A stretch of 64,000 nucleotides of DNA from positions 128,001 through 192,000 of the forward strand of contig JAUVXV010000003.1 in NCBI GenBank assembly GCA_030603365.1, in the 5' to 3' direction. A model generated the notes under the pieces. That model was not told the DNA's origin. It searched no databases and saw only the letters and a program-made list of their open reading frames with translations. Positions 47,491 through 57,229 of the stretch are shown here, one piece after another. Origin of the DNA: Candidatus Heimdallarchaeota archaeon (GTDB taxonomy: Archaea; Asgardarchaeota; Heimdallarchaeia; Heimdallarchaeales; Heimdallarchaeaceae). Both the position numbers and the translations under genes were made by a program. The first letter of the stretch is position 1; each line of letters starts with the position of its first letter.

Positions 47491-49842
47491 CTATTTTTTC
47501 CAAAAATCTTTAACAATAGTAGATAAGCTTAGATTGTCATATACTCTTTGAACCTCTGACCAAGCTTCAGGAAACAAGACAGAATAAGTCCTGGTTGAAT
47601 ATCTATCTCCTATTAGGAGAACAACACCTCTATCTTCTTCTGTTCTTATTACTCTACCGGCTGCTTGTAGTACTTTGTTCATCCCAGGGTAAGTATAAGC
47701 AAAGAGAAAACCTTTACTCCTTAGGTTATCAAAATAGTTGCGTATCATATCTCTTTCTAGATTAACTTTAGGCAGCCCAACTCCTACTATAATGGCACCT
47801 GATAATTTCTCACCTATTAAATCAATTCCTTCACTAAATATACCCCCCATAACAGCAAACCCAACAAGAGTTTTTTTACCATATGAAGAAAACTTGTTCA
47901 GAAAGACCTCCCTTTCCTCTTCAGTCATCCCTTGTTGTTGTTCGAGAATTTCAAATGATTTAGATTTGATTTCAAAATTCGCTAGTATGGCTCGCATATA
48001 TTCATATGATGGGAAATATACAAGATAGTTACCTGTTTTTGCTTTAATAACTTCTTTAATCCAATCTGCTATATCTTCATAAGAACTCTCTCTATCTACA
48101 TATCTTGTAGATAAGGTGTCTGCAAGCATTAAACATAAATTCTCTTTTGGAAAGGGTGAAGGTAGTTGCAATTTTGTGCTACTTTTATCTCCACCTAGCA
48201 AATCTGAGAAATAGTCCAAAGGAGTTAGAGTTGCTGAGTAAAAGACTGCTGAATTTCCTCTATTTAGTGCTTCTTTTAATAAGAAAGATGGATCTAAGCA
48301 GAACAGCTTTATCTTAACATTATTTCCATACTTTCTAATGTAAGTGATATACCGACTATCGTAATCTTCCGCAACTCTCAAGAAGCTTCTTGCATCAAAA
48401 TAGAATTCAACCAGCTCTTCTCTAAAATCTGTTGGGATATTCTTTTCTAACCAATCAGTAGTTACAGCTGAAAACTTCCTAAGTATTTTGAAAAGAGTAT
48501 CATCCAGTAGTTCTTTCTGAACAAAATACTTCTTATCAAATAACTCACATTCTTTTCTTATTACAATAAAATACCTATTCAAACTATTGAGAATCTTTGA
48601 TAATTCAGGAATATCTTCTTTCGTTGCCCTACTCAAATCAAGTATGGGTTTTTTTGTTAATTCAGCTGAGTACATCTTCCTAGCTCTATCAACTAAGTTG
48701 TGAGCTTCATCTATTAGAAATATAAAATCTCCCTTATCTTCCAAAAAGTATCTTTTCAAATATACCCGAGGATCAAAGACATAATTATAATCACATATGA
48801 TACAATCTGACCAGTTTGTTAAGTCGAGTGAGAATTCGAATGGACAAACTTGGTGCTTTTGAGCATATTTTTCTATAATCTTTTGAGAAAAAGCGTTTTC
48901 TTGGAAAATATCTTTTACGGCATCGTTTATCCGATCAAAATGACCGTTTGCATATTCACAATAATTGGGATCACATAGAACCTCATCTTTAAAGCAGATT
49001 TTTGCTTTAGCAGTAATAGTAGTTGATTTAAGTTTTAAGCCAGAATCTCTTAATATTTCCAATGTTTCCTCTGCTATGAATCTTGTTGTAGTTTTAGCTG
49101 TTAAATAGAAAATTTTTGAATCAAAATTACTCCCCATGGACTTAATTGATGGATAAAGTGCACCTATAGTTTTACCAATTCCTGTTGGTGCTTGACAAAA
49201 GAGTTTCTTTTCATTCTCTATAACCTCTTTTACAATCTTAACCATCTTATCTTGTCCTTTTCGATAAGAAGTAAATGGAAAATGTAGATTGACTCTGCTA
49301 TCATTTCTCTGTTCAAGCCAATTAGATAGAATTATAGCCCAATCTAGATATTTATCCATTATTTCTAAACAAAATGATTCTAATTCCTTAAATGTAAATT
49401 CTTTAAAGAATAATTTTGTTTTGTTTTGATCTATTTGATAATAGGTTAACTGTATTCCAATTTTCTTTATTTTATTCTGAACAGCATAAAAATATGCATA
49501 AAATTTAGCTTGAGCCCAATAAACTTGATTTGATTCTTCAGTTAGATTAGCCAACCTTCCTGATGTGCTTTTTATTTCCTCAATTACTGTCAAGCCATGC
49601 TTCTCTAGAATGCCATCTATTCTTCCTCTCAGTTTAAGAAGTGTACCTCTTCTATCAACACTATTGGAGATTGAAACTTCTTTTTTGTAATCTTTTCCTC
49701 TTGATTTCTGAACCTTTTGATGAGCCTTTGTACCCTCAACCATCCTAGATCTACCAAAGTAACCTAATGATATGTCACCTTGTCGGTAAACATACTCTAC
49801 TAAATTTCTTACCGAAATCTGAATGATAGTTTTAGAAGACAT
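47491..49842 (-). CDS. XPD/DinG (Rad3)-family Fe-S helicase with N-terminal PD-(D/E)XK nuclease domain
   Basis: GRIDG...EEIKS; QAPTGIGKT; 4 Cys (KICF, LCDP, YC, VCPF); IDEAH; SATL; QAAGRVIR. Confidence 0.92.
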   Translation of the reverse strand: MSSKTIIQISVRNLVEYVYRQGDISLGYFGRSRMVEGTKAHQKVQKSRGKDYKKEVSISNSVDRRGTLLKLRGRIDGILEKHGLTVIEEIKSTSGRLANLTEESNQVYWAQAKFYAYFYAVQNKIKKIGIQLTYYQIDQNKTKLFFKEFTFKELESFCLEIMDKYLDWAIILSNWLEQRNDSRVNLHFPFTSYRKGQDKMVKIVKEVIENEKKLFCQAPTGIGKTIGALYPSIKSMGSNFDSKIFYLTAKTTTRFIAEETLEILRDSGLKLKSTTITAKAKICFKDEVLCDPNYCEYANGHFDRINDAVKDIFQENAFSQKIIEKYAQKHQVCPFEFSLDLTNWSDCIICDYNYVFDPRVYLKRYFLEDKGDFIFLIDEAHNLVDRARKMYSAELTKKPILDLSRATKEDIPELSKILNSLNRYFIVIRKECELFDKKYFVQKELLDDTLFKILRKFSAVTTDWLEKNIPTDFREELVEFYFDARSFLRVAEDYDSRYITYIRKYGNNVKIKLFCLDPSFLLKEALNRGNSAVFYSATLTPLDYFSDLLGGDKSSTKLQLPSPFPKENLCLMLADTLSTRYVDRESSYEDIADWIKEVIKAKTGNYLVYFPSYEYMRAILANFEIKSKSFEILEQQQGMTEEEREVFLNKFSSYGKKTLVGFAVMGGIFSEGIDLIGEKLSGAIIVGVGLPKVNLERDMIRNYFDNLRSKGFLFAYTYPGMNKVLQAAGRVIRTEEDRGVVLLIGDRYSTRTYSVLFPEAWSEVQRVYDNLSLSTIVKDFWKK

Positions 49843-49940
49843 AGTAGCATATCCTACGCATTGAACTAGATTCATCAGCTTAAAGCTAAACTAATTGTAG
49901 GTTTTTCATATAAAAACAAAGTCATGGGAATTTAAGAATT

Positions 49941-50384
49941 TCACAGTTTCCTAATCATCACGATGGCTGATTCTGTACATGCCTCTGAATACTCATAACT
50001 TTGTTTTATTACTTCATCAACAAGCTCTCTGGAAATAACAACAAAATCAAATTTCTTGAAGAAATCAACAGCTGTATCGGTGAGTAAATATAAATCCTTT
50101 ATTCCAGCGTTCTTTGCTTTTTCAAGTATGTTCTGGATAAGTACGTGTCCAATCCCCAAACCTTGATAATTGGGATCAACTGCAGCTGACCTAAGTAGAC
50201 CCAAGCTGTTATATTTTTCAAAACCAATACATCCAATTACTTGACCAGCTCTTATTACTACTGTGAAATTACTAAAATGGGGTTCTAGATCTTCATAAAC
50301 CAAATTAAGATTTTTTAGAAGAAGAATAACTTGTTCTAACATATCTGTTTTGGCATCAGATAAAGTATAATCAGAATTGTTCAT
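49941..50384 (-). CDS. GNAT N-acetyltransferase (ArsN2-like)
   Basis: GLLRSAAV...QGLGIG, LYLLTDTA..FF, C..SA..M. Confidence 0.88.
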   Translation of the reverse strand: MNNSDYTLSDAKTDMLEQVILLLKNLNLVYEDLEPHFSNFTVVIRAGQVIGCIGFEKYNSLGLLRSAAVDPNYQGLGIGHVLIQNILEKAKNAGIKDLYLLTDTAVDFFKKFDFVVISRELVDEVIKQSYEYSEACTESAIVMIRKL

Positions 50385-50478
50385 ATTACTAACAACATAT
50401 AGTAAACACTTGAATAAATATTTTCTTACAAAATTTTGGTGAAAATAATAATTTAAAAACTCTAAATAGCTTGTTCAC

Positions 50479-50946
50479 TTGATAAAAATGACTGAGATTT
50501 TTGATACTGAAATTATTCATTCCACTATTATCAAGGCTTCAATTGAGAAAGTCTATGATGCTATATCGACAGCAGAAGGATTAGACGAGTGGTTTACAAC
50601 AGGTGCTGAAGTTTCTAGAAAAATAGGTGGTCAAATACAATTTAGATGGACAACAGAAAGAGCTGATGTTCAGGATGGAGTTATTGAGGATGGAGGTCCA
50701 ATAACTGAGGTAGACCGACCAAACCATTTTGCTTTTCAATGGCATCCTGATAATGAATCATATGCAACAACTGTTCATCTTAAATTCGAAGAAGATGAGC
50801 GAGGTACAATTGTTAATGTACAAGAATATGGTTTTGAGGATACACCTAGAGGTAGAAAAGTTTTATTGGGTTGTGCTACTGGTTGGGGAGAAGCTTTAAC
50901 CATGGTTAAATTCTACCTTGAGCATGGAATTGTGTATAACAAGTAA
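50479..50946 (+). CDS. SRPBCC/AHSA1-like protein
   Basis: KASIEKVYDAI...LDEWF, FQW, GWGEAL..VKFYLE. Confidence 0.9.
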   Translation: MIKMTEIFDTEIIHSTIIKASIEKVYDAISTAEGLDEWFTTGAEVSRKIGGQIQFRWTTERADVQDGVIEDGGPITEVDRPNHFAFQWHPDNESYATTVHLKFEEDERGTIVNVQEYGFEDTPRGRKVLLGCATGWGEALTMVKFYLEHGIVYNK

Positions 50947-51103
50947 TTCCTATTTTCCTTTTAGTATTCTTCAGTAATTTTTGGGGTTTAATGAATGATT
51001 TGCTCGATTTTAGCATTAAAGATTAGTTTATTTTGTTTTTTTTTTAATTTTGAAAATTTCTCCCCATAAATTTATATAGAAAATTTCGAAATTAGAGGTT
51101 GGT

Positions 51104-51241
51104 ATGTCAGAAATAGAACCAGAAACAGATAAAACGCCAGATAAAAAGAAGATGACTTATAGAATAATAATGGTAATTCTAGCTATTGCGGTAATTGGAA
51201 TAGGTATTTGGCAAATCATACAAGGTATGAATAAGATATAG
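51104..51241 (+). CDS. Unannotated 45-aa single-TM microprotein
   Basis: MSEIEPETDKTPDKKKMTYRIIMVILAIAVIGIGIWQIIQGMNKI*, preceded by TTTATATA (51071-51078) and GAGGT. Confidence 0.7.
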   Translation: MSEIEPETDKTPDKKKMTYRIIMVILAIAVIGIGIWQIIQGMNKI

Positions 51242-51352
51242 TTCAGCTTACATCTCTATATGTCTAAATTATAGGTGTATAAATAACCTACTTTAGAAAT
51301 TTGTATTCTATGAAGTCTAGAAATAAGTCTCATAAACTCTATTCTTCTTATA

Positions 51353-52651
51353 ATGAAATATAATTCATATTATATTGGTCATGTTATGATAATCGAAGAA
51401 TATGAAGCCAAATCCTTAGTTCGAACAAGTAGAACTTCGTTATTTTCTTGGGCTGAAGTCTACCTTAATCCATATCAGGGCTGTTTTCATGATTGTGTTT
51501 ATTGTGATGGAAAAGCTGAAGGCTATTATATGCATGATGATTTTGGTAGCCGACTAAGAGTTAAGAAAAATGCTCCTGAACTTCTAGAAAAGTATCTAAA
51601 GAAGAAGGGGTTTTTCCCTATTAATCGAGAAAAAACCTCAACATTAGTTGACTATTTTCCTAATTTGAGAGATTCAGCTGATTCTAATCAACCTGCCAAA
51701 TTTACTCTATTTATTGGTGGAGGAGTTTGTGATGTATATCAACCCGCTGAAAAAGAAGTTGGAATGACAAGAAAGCTACTACAGATAGCTTATGATTACA
51801 AGATACCTGTTTTTTTCCTGACTAAGAATGATCTGATCCTCAAAGATATTGACTTACTTAAGAAGATCAATGAAGAAAGCTATGCTTGTGCAAGTTTCAC
51901 GATAACATTAGCAGATGAAAAAGTACAGAAAATATTTGAACCAAATGCTAGTACAACCGATGAGCGTTTTGACGCAATTAAGCAGTTAAGAAAAGAAGGT
52001 ATTCACTCTGGTATCTATTTCTATCCTACTCTGCCCTTTATAGGAGATACAGAGCAGAATATGGAAACAATTTACAAGAGAGCTAAAGAAGTAGGGGCAG
52101 AATTCATATATTGCTGGGGCTTAACATTGAAACCTGGAAAAAATAAGACTGAATTCATGAATACCTTGAAAGAACATTTCCCAGATATCTATCCAAAATA
52201 CAAGATTCTCTATGGAAATGAAGATAAATATGGTAATCTAGATAGAGTTGAATTTGAGGAACTTGGTTTAATTTGGCCTGAGATCAAAGGATATAAATTA
52301 GGATACGAGGTAGGGATAGATTATACATCAGAAAGATATGTGCCAGAAGGTAGAATAAAAACCAATTTGCAACTTTCAGCTCTACTTCATAGGTTGGCAT
52401 ATCTTAAGAGTTTCTTTGTTAAAAGCTCCAGATATGAAATAAGACAATTAAATGAAGCTGCAAGATTTCTGAATACTTTTAACAGAGATTTTTCTAAGTT
52501 GAATGATGAAGAAAAAGAACAGACAGAAATTGATGGCGGAATAATGCATTATATTGATGAATATCTTAAAAATGAAGAGAGTAGAGCATTAGAAGGTCTA
52601 GAGAAATTATCCTATGAAACTGTCTGTAACTATCTTAGAACAAAGGAATAA
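51353..52651 (+). CDS. Radical SAM protein of the SPL-like family with a C-terminal PolX 8-kDa-like helical domain
   Basis: NPYQGCFHDCVYC, DVYQPAE, LTK, FEPNA...RF, PTLPFIGD. Confidence 0.88.
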   Translation: MKYNSYYIGHVMIIEEYEAKSLVRTSRTSLFSWAEVYLNPYQGCFHDCVYCDGKAEGYYMHDDFGSRLRVKKNAPELLEKYLKKKGFFPINREKTSTLVDYFPNLRDSADSNQPAKFTLFIGGGVCDVYQPAEKEVGMTRKLLQIAYDYKIPVFFLTKNDLILKDIDLLKKINEESYACASFTITLADEKVQKIFEPNASTTDERFDAIKQLRKEGIHSGIYFYPTLPFIGDTEQNMETIYKRAKEVGAEFIYCWGLTLKPGKNKTEFMNTLKEHFPDIYPKYKILYGNEDKYGNLDRVEFEELGLIWPEIKGYKLGYEVGIDYTSERYVPEGRIKTNLQLSALLHRLAYLKSFFVKSSRYEIRQLNEAARFLNTFNRDFSKLNDEEKEQTEIDGGIMHYIDEYLKNEESRALEGLEKLSYETVCNYLRTKE

Positions 52652-52730
52652 TCGTAATTTAGCAGCTATTTTCATTTAGATAACGGAAATGTGTGAAAAA
52701 GATATATAGAATAGAAATAAAACTAAAATT

Positions 52731-53396
52731 ATGAGTGATTCAATTAGAATCATGAGAATTCAGAGAATTCTTCGTTTCATTATTTGGTCTATAGGTTTGT
52801 TAATAATAATTACTGTTGCTTTAGCATGGTCTCTCTATTCCGAGAAATATGATTTCTTTGGTGAGACTATAAGCCAATTAGGCGGGATGGAAAGTGATAC
52901 TGGTTTGGATAACACTAAATCCTCCATAGTTATGATGGTTGGTTTTATTCTTGTTAGCATATTTACTCTAGGATTATCCATATCTTACTTCATCTTGAAA
53001 AAATTGCGATATAATTATGTTAAAGGAGCTTTTCTTCTATCAATGATGGTTGGTGGAATTGGAATATCGCTTCCTTGGGATCATCCTTCTTTTATAATAA
53101 TTCATAGCATAGGTGCTGCTATTTTTTTGCTCTCTTTTGCTGCTTTCAACTTTGTATCTCAAATATTAAGGTATCTGAGAAAACACAAACCAAAATTCAA
53201 TAGAAAGAGTTTTGATTTCTGGATAGATTTTATCTTTGTTTGGCTAGTTTTTCTTACTTTTGCCATACACTTGTTAGCTTGTTTATTGGAGGTGTGCCAG
53301 ATTTTCATTATTGGTTTAGACCTAGTAATAACTCAGAAAATAGCTTTAATGGTGAATCTCATAGCGATCATTTTGTTAGATAAAGAAGATATGTAG
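52731..53396 (+). CDS. DUF998-like membrane protein
   Basis: ETISQLG, P.D....HSIGA; 6 TM. Confidence 0.7.
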   Translation: MSDSIRIMRIQRILRFIIWSIGLLIIITVALAWSLYSEKYDFFGETISQLGGMESDTGLDNTKSSIVMMVGFILVSIFTLGLSISYFILKKLRYNYVKGAFLLSMMVGGIGISLPWDHPSFIIIHSIGAAIFLLSFAAFNFVSQILRYLRKHKPKFNRKSFDFWIDFIFVWLVFLTFAIHLLACLLEVCQIFIIGLDLVITQKIALMVNLIAIILLDKEDM

Positions 53397-53429
53397 TTTG
53401 ATTTAACCTCTTAAACTTCTGATAATCAT

Positions 53430-54332
53430 CTAAGCATTAAGCAATGTCTCTATAATTTCTTCAAATCGATTTATAAGAATGGAAACATGAGCTTCTTCTG
53501 GATAGAATTTAGAAACACATTGTGATATTTCTGATGCTACATATTTTCCAATAGCAATAGGAACGTTCTTATCTAATTCTCCATGCCAGAGGAAATACTT
53601 CAAGGTTTTTTGAATCTTGGAGAGCTCAAATCCCCATGGTTCAACCTGTAAATTGCCATCTATAAATGGACCTAGATATCCTTGGCGAAAGATTTCAACA
53701 AAATGAATACTAAAATATGATAACATTTTTTCATTTTTATATAATTCAGCATCTGGCTTAGGAAGAGCTTTCTCAGCAAGTTTTGCTTGCTTAGCAAGAA
53801 GTTTCTCCAGTTTCTCTTCATTTTTTATATTTTTAAAGGACTGTTTCAATGAAAATTTCATTAGAAACGGCAGTCTCTTTATGATTCTAAATAGAGTTTT
53901 ATTTGGATTGATGAAGAACTTTTTTGACTCTTTATAAGAAGCTACACCCGCAACTATCCCTGCGGAAATAATTCTTTCTGGAATTTTGTATGCACAAGCT
54001 GCAATATATGGTCCTCCTCCAGAAACCCCTAAAATATGGAACTTTTGGAATTCTAGATGATCAGCTAATTCTATAACATCATCAGGCCAATCCAAAACGG
54101 TTCTATCGGGTTTATTATCTGATAATCCCATTCCAGGTCTATCTAAGCTTATTAATCTGCAATTGATTTCTTTTTCAAACATGTCCAGTACCAGTGGTTC
54201 TAATCTTCCACCAGCATATCCATGAAAATAGAAAACTGGTGATCCTTTTAGATTTCCAAATTCAGCAAAACCTAATTTTCTCCCATCCTTTAGCTGGAAA
54301 GTTTGATTCAGGATATCATCGGTAATGTTCAT
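53430..54332 (-). CDS. Alpha/beta hydrolase
   Basis: DGRKLGFAEFG, FHG, DRPGMGLS, GVSGG, WHGELD, EAH. Confidence 0.93.
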   Translation of the reverse strand: MNITDDILNQTFQLKDGRKLGFAEFGNLKGSPVFYFHGYAGGRLEPLVLDMFEKEINCRLISLDRPGMGLSDNKPDRTVLDWPDDVIELADHLEFQKFHILGVSGGGPYIAACAYKIPERIISAGIVAGVASYKESKKFFINPNKTLFRIIKRLPFLMKFSLKQSFKNIKNEEKLEKLLAKQAKLAEKALPKPDAELYKNEKMLSYFSIHFVEIFRQGYLGPFIDGNLQVEPWGFELSKIQKTLKYFLWHGELDKNVPIAIGKYVASEISQCVSKFYPEEAHVSILINRFEEIIETLLNA

Positions 54333-54596
54333 ATGAATTCTTCAAAAGAAATGCATTTAAGGCTTTGTTATGGTATATCTCGTTGATATTCATCTCTTTT
54401 CTAGATGCAATAAGTAACAAAATATCTTTCCCTATATAATATATATCGCATAATCAATATGATTCTTTTTTCTGTAGATTTCTATTTCATTTGTCTTTCT
54501 AACAAAGATATACTTTTAAATTTGGATTGTTAACTATTTCAGTTTGATAAATTCTTGTCATTTGAATGTATCAAATAAAAATCTTAGTGAAATGAA

Positions 54597-55361
54597 ATGA
54601 ACAGACAAATAATAAAAGGATTAATTTTCGTTTTTTTTCTCGTACTAGGAATTCAAACAAGTTTAACCACAGCTGCTTCTCCAGTTAGAAATTATTCTGG
54701 TATTCTTGAATTTGGTGACGAATTTGTTTGGGATATGACTTATTACACTGTCAATGTGCCACTTGACTATTATTTTATGAACATGGGAAACAATAGTGTA
54801 ATAACACTTGAAATTCTACAGAATTTAGAAGATGTGAATTTTGTTGGGATTGATTTTAGCAATTATGTTAACTATTTCAACCTTACTTTTGGTGATGAAA
54901 TATTCAATTTTGGTTGGGATGATCCTTTTCATTGGTTCATTTGCCCTGTCTATATTGATGATGGAGCAGGCAGTGTATCTAATCCCGCGGAAACTCAGTG
55001 GATATATTATATTATTGACGATTTCTTATTCGAAAGTGAAGGAAAAGAAATGAGTTTCAGTATAGACATAATCAATAATCAAGTGAATTATGTTGGTTCC
55101 ATTAAATATCTTGATGATAACACTATTCTGAGTGTAAATCTTGTGATAGATAGAAATACTGGAATAATGATTCTTATTGATTTTAGAGTAGAAAATACAA
55201 CTGGTGAGGAAACATTCACTCGGTGGTTAATAAAACAAAGAGGAGTAGAACTTAGTACCAGTAGTGTTTCTCTTTCAGTAATATTACCATTAATGATAAT
55301 TGCATTAATACTAATTCCTGTATTAACGTTTAAAAGACGAAGAAATACTAAATTAAACTGA
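54597..55361 (+). CDS. Cell-surface protein: signal peptide, acidic beta-rich domain, C-terminal TM + basic tail
   Basis: N-terminal signal ending TTAA; several NxS/T sequons; ...LILIPVLTFKRRR. Confidence 0.8.
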   Translation: MNRQIIKGLIFVFFLVLGIQTSLTTAASPVRNYSGILEFGDEFVWDMTYYTVNVPLDYYFMNMGNNSVITLEILQNLEDVNFVGIDFSNYVNYFNLTFGDEIFNFGWDDPFHWFICPVYIDDGAGSVSNPAETQWIYYIIDDFLFESEGKEMSFSIDIINNQVNYVGSIKYLDDNTILSVNLVIDRNTGIMILIDFRVENTTGEETFTRWLIKQRGVELSTSSVSLSVILPLMIIALILIPVLTFKRRRNTKLN

Positions 55362-55420
55362 ATTATAGAAATATGTAAACATTCCCTTCTCCTTTTTTTT
55401 AAGGAAGTAAAATATTTCTG

Positions 55421-56284
55421 TTATTTTATCTTCTTCAAGAGCTTTCTTATCAATTCTACCATTTCAGCTGAGTGAGTTGCCCTGTTAGTACCCATATCCA
55501 TATACTCTGCATCAGGTATTGCTTCTGCTATCTGCTTTGCTAATTCAGCAGTGTGCATCTTATCTGTCTCCATCCCAATAACAACAACATAATTGTCTTC
55601 TATTTGTTTGTATAAATCCCAAACTTTTGTAAAACAAACTCTCTTAGCAACAGCTCTCCATTTCTTGGGATCAGCTTCCTCCATTACTCGGATATATTTA
55701 GCCGCTTGAACAGCATCCTCACTCTTAAATTTCTTGACCCACCATATCCAAATAGGTTTAGTGACATAGAAGAGAAAAGTTGGTAGGATATGCATGATAT
55801 ATCTAGTTGTGGGTGGCATGTTGAACTGATAAACAGGACCAATAAGAACAGATAATGCGGGTTTAATCTTCTTAGTCCCCAAAAGATCTGCTATTGTTAA
55901 AGTACTGAAAGAGGTAGTAAGTGTAATAATCTTACTTTGATCAATCTTAAGATACTCAACAATCTCTTTGACATCTAAAGCAAGTCTACTAACGTCATTT
56001 TTGATTTTTCCTTTGCCAGGACGAAAAGAGATTTTCTCTCTTGATTCAATATATAAAATATCAAAATCTTTAATCGCTTCCATTAATACTTCTTCCCAAC
56101 CTGGAACAATTGATGACCAACCAGGGATGATAAGAAAAGTGAATCCATTAGCTTTATCTTTTGGAGCTTTGGTTGTAAGAATCTTAACCTCAGAACCATC
56201 AGAAACCTTGATATATTGTTCTTTTGCTTTTTCTTCAAATTCTGAAATTAATTTGTGGTTAAAGACTTGTTCTTGATTGGACAT
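55421..56284 (-). CDS. Alpha/beta hydrolase-fold protein with an atypical nucleophile elbow (probable start MSNQ at 56284)
   Basis: IIPGW, ESREK, TTSFST, DKMH. Confidence 0.7.
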   Translation of the reverse strand: MSNQEQVFNHKLISEFEEKAKEQYIKVSDGSEVKILTTKAPKDKANGFTFLIIPGWSSIVPGWEEVLMEAIKDFDILYIESREKISFRPGKGKIKNDVSRLALDVKEIVEYLKIDQSKIITLTTSFSTLTIADLLGTKKIKPALSVLIGPVYQFNMPPTTRYIMHILPTFLFYVTKPIWIWWVKKFKSEDAVQAAKYIRVMEEADPKKWRAVAKRVCFTKVWDLYKQIEDNYVVVIGMETDKMHTAELAKQIAEAIPDAEYMDMGTNRATHSAEMVELIRKLLKKIK

Positions 56285-56379
56285 GACATGTGGAAACAAA
56301 AAAGCTTGGTTATAATATTTACTCTTGAACAATTTCTTGAATAATACTTGTAAAATATACACCTGATTTACTGAAAACA

Positions 56380-56853
56380 TCATTCTTTGAAAATATGTTC
56401 ATGAGGACCTCTATACCATCCTCTCAGTAAGGTAGGTTTTAGTTTAAGTATAGTAAAGTCTGGATCATCATAGCCCTCAGGATAGTATACTTTCCAGTTA
56501 TCCATCCAGATTTTTGCTTTAAAACCCATGTCTTCCAATACTTCAGCTGACCCCTGTAGCATAATTCCTTTTACTTCATCAGGGATGCTAAAATACAGTG
56601 CAATTTTCTGATTCTTCAATATGTGTTTCAACTTAATAGAAGAGGTATTTGTTGAGATATATGCAGTGTAAGGATCTTCATCATATTCTTTGATTACTTG
56701 AGCAGGATGAGCAAACTTCTCCTTACATCTCAGATTAAAAACCGCTCTAATTGATGGAAAACCATTTTCATCAATAGTAGCAAGATATGCAGCATATGGT
56801 CTTTCCATTAGTTCATCCAATAATTGTTGAGTTTCCTCTTTCAACTTAATCAT
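56380..56853 (-). CDS. Pyridoxamine 5'-phosphate oxidase-like (general stress protein) family
   Basis: YLATIDENGFPSIR, STNTSS.K, YYPEG..DPDF. Confidence 0.88.
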   Translation of the reverse strand: MIKLKEETQQLLDELMERPYAAYLATIDENGFPSIRAVFNLRCKEKFAHPAQVIKEYDEDPYTAYISTNTSSIKLKHILKNQKIALYFSIPDEVKGIMLQGSAEVLEDMGFKAKIWMDNWKVYYPEGYDDPDFTILKLKPTLLRGWYRGPHEHIFKE

Positions 56854-56870
56854 CTAAAGAGTAAGCAGTT

Positions 56871-57212
56871 TTGACTATAAAAAGCTACTTCCCAGAACTA
56901 TCTGACGTCTTTAAACCTGTACCTTCACATATACCACAGGTTTTTGTACCATCAGGAACAGTTACAATCAATGGTACTGCAAAAATTTTACCAATAGAGA
57001 ATGAAGAAATTCTTGATATATTTTCTAAGAAGAGAATTCTTCGCTTAATTACTAGCCATCTTACACCAGAAGAGAAAAAAGAGGTGGTTTTCTTGAAGAT
57101 AAAACCTGATCCTAAGATATTATGTTATGGTGTAGGGATAAGCATCATGAAGCTTAGAGGTGGTCATACAGAAGGAGGATATTCAGTAATAATCCCAGAA
57201 GAAAGAGGATGA
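56871..57212 (+). pseudogene. 5'-truncated PNPOx-like gene fragment
   Basis: PSGTVTINGTAKILP...FLKIKP..KI..YGVGI matches only the C-half of 59993..60466. Confidence 0.55.
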
Positions 57213-57229
57213 TAGTGTAAGATGATTTG

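Noticed and set aside
49440-49842. Cas4/CRISPR adaptation gene or type IV CasDinG
   Set aside because: The nuclease domain lacks the Cas4 Cys cluster, is fused to a Rad3-type helicase, and has no array or cas neighbours
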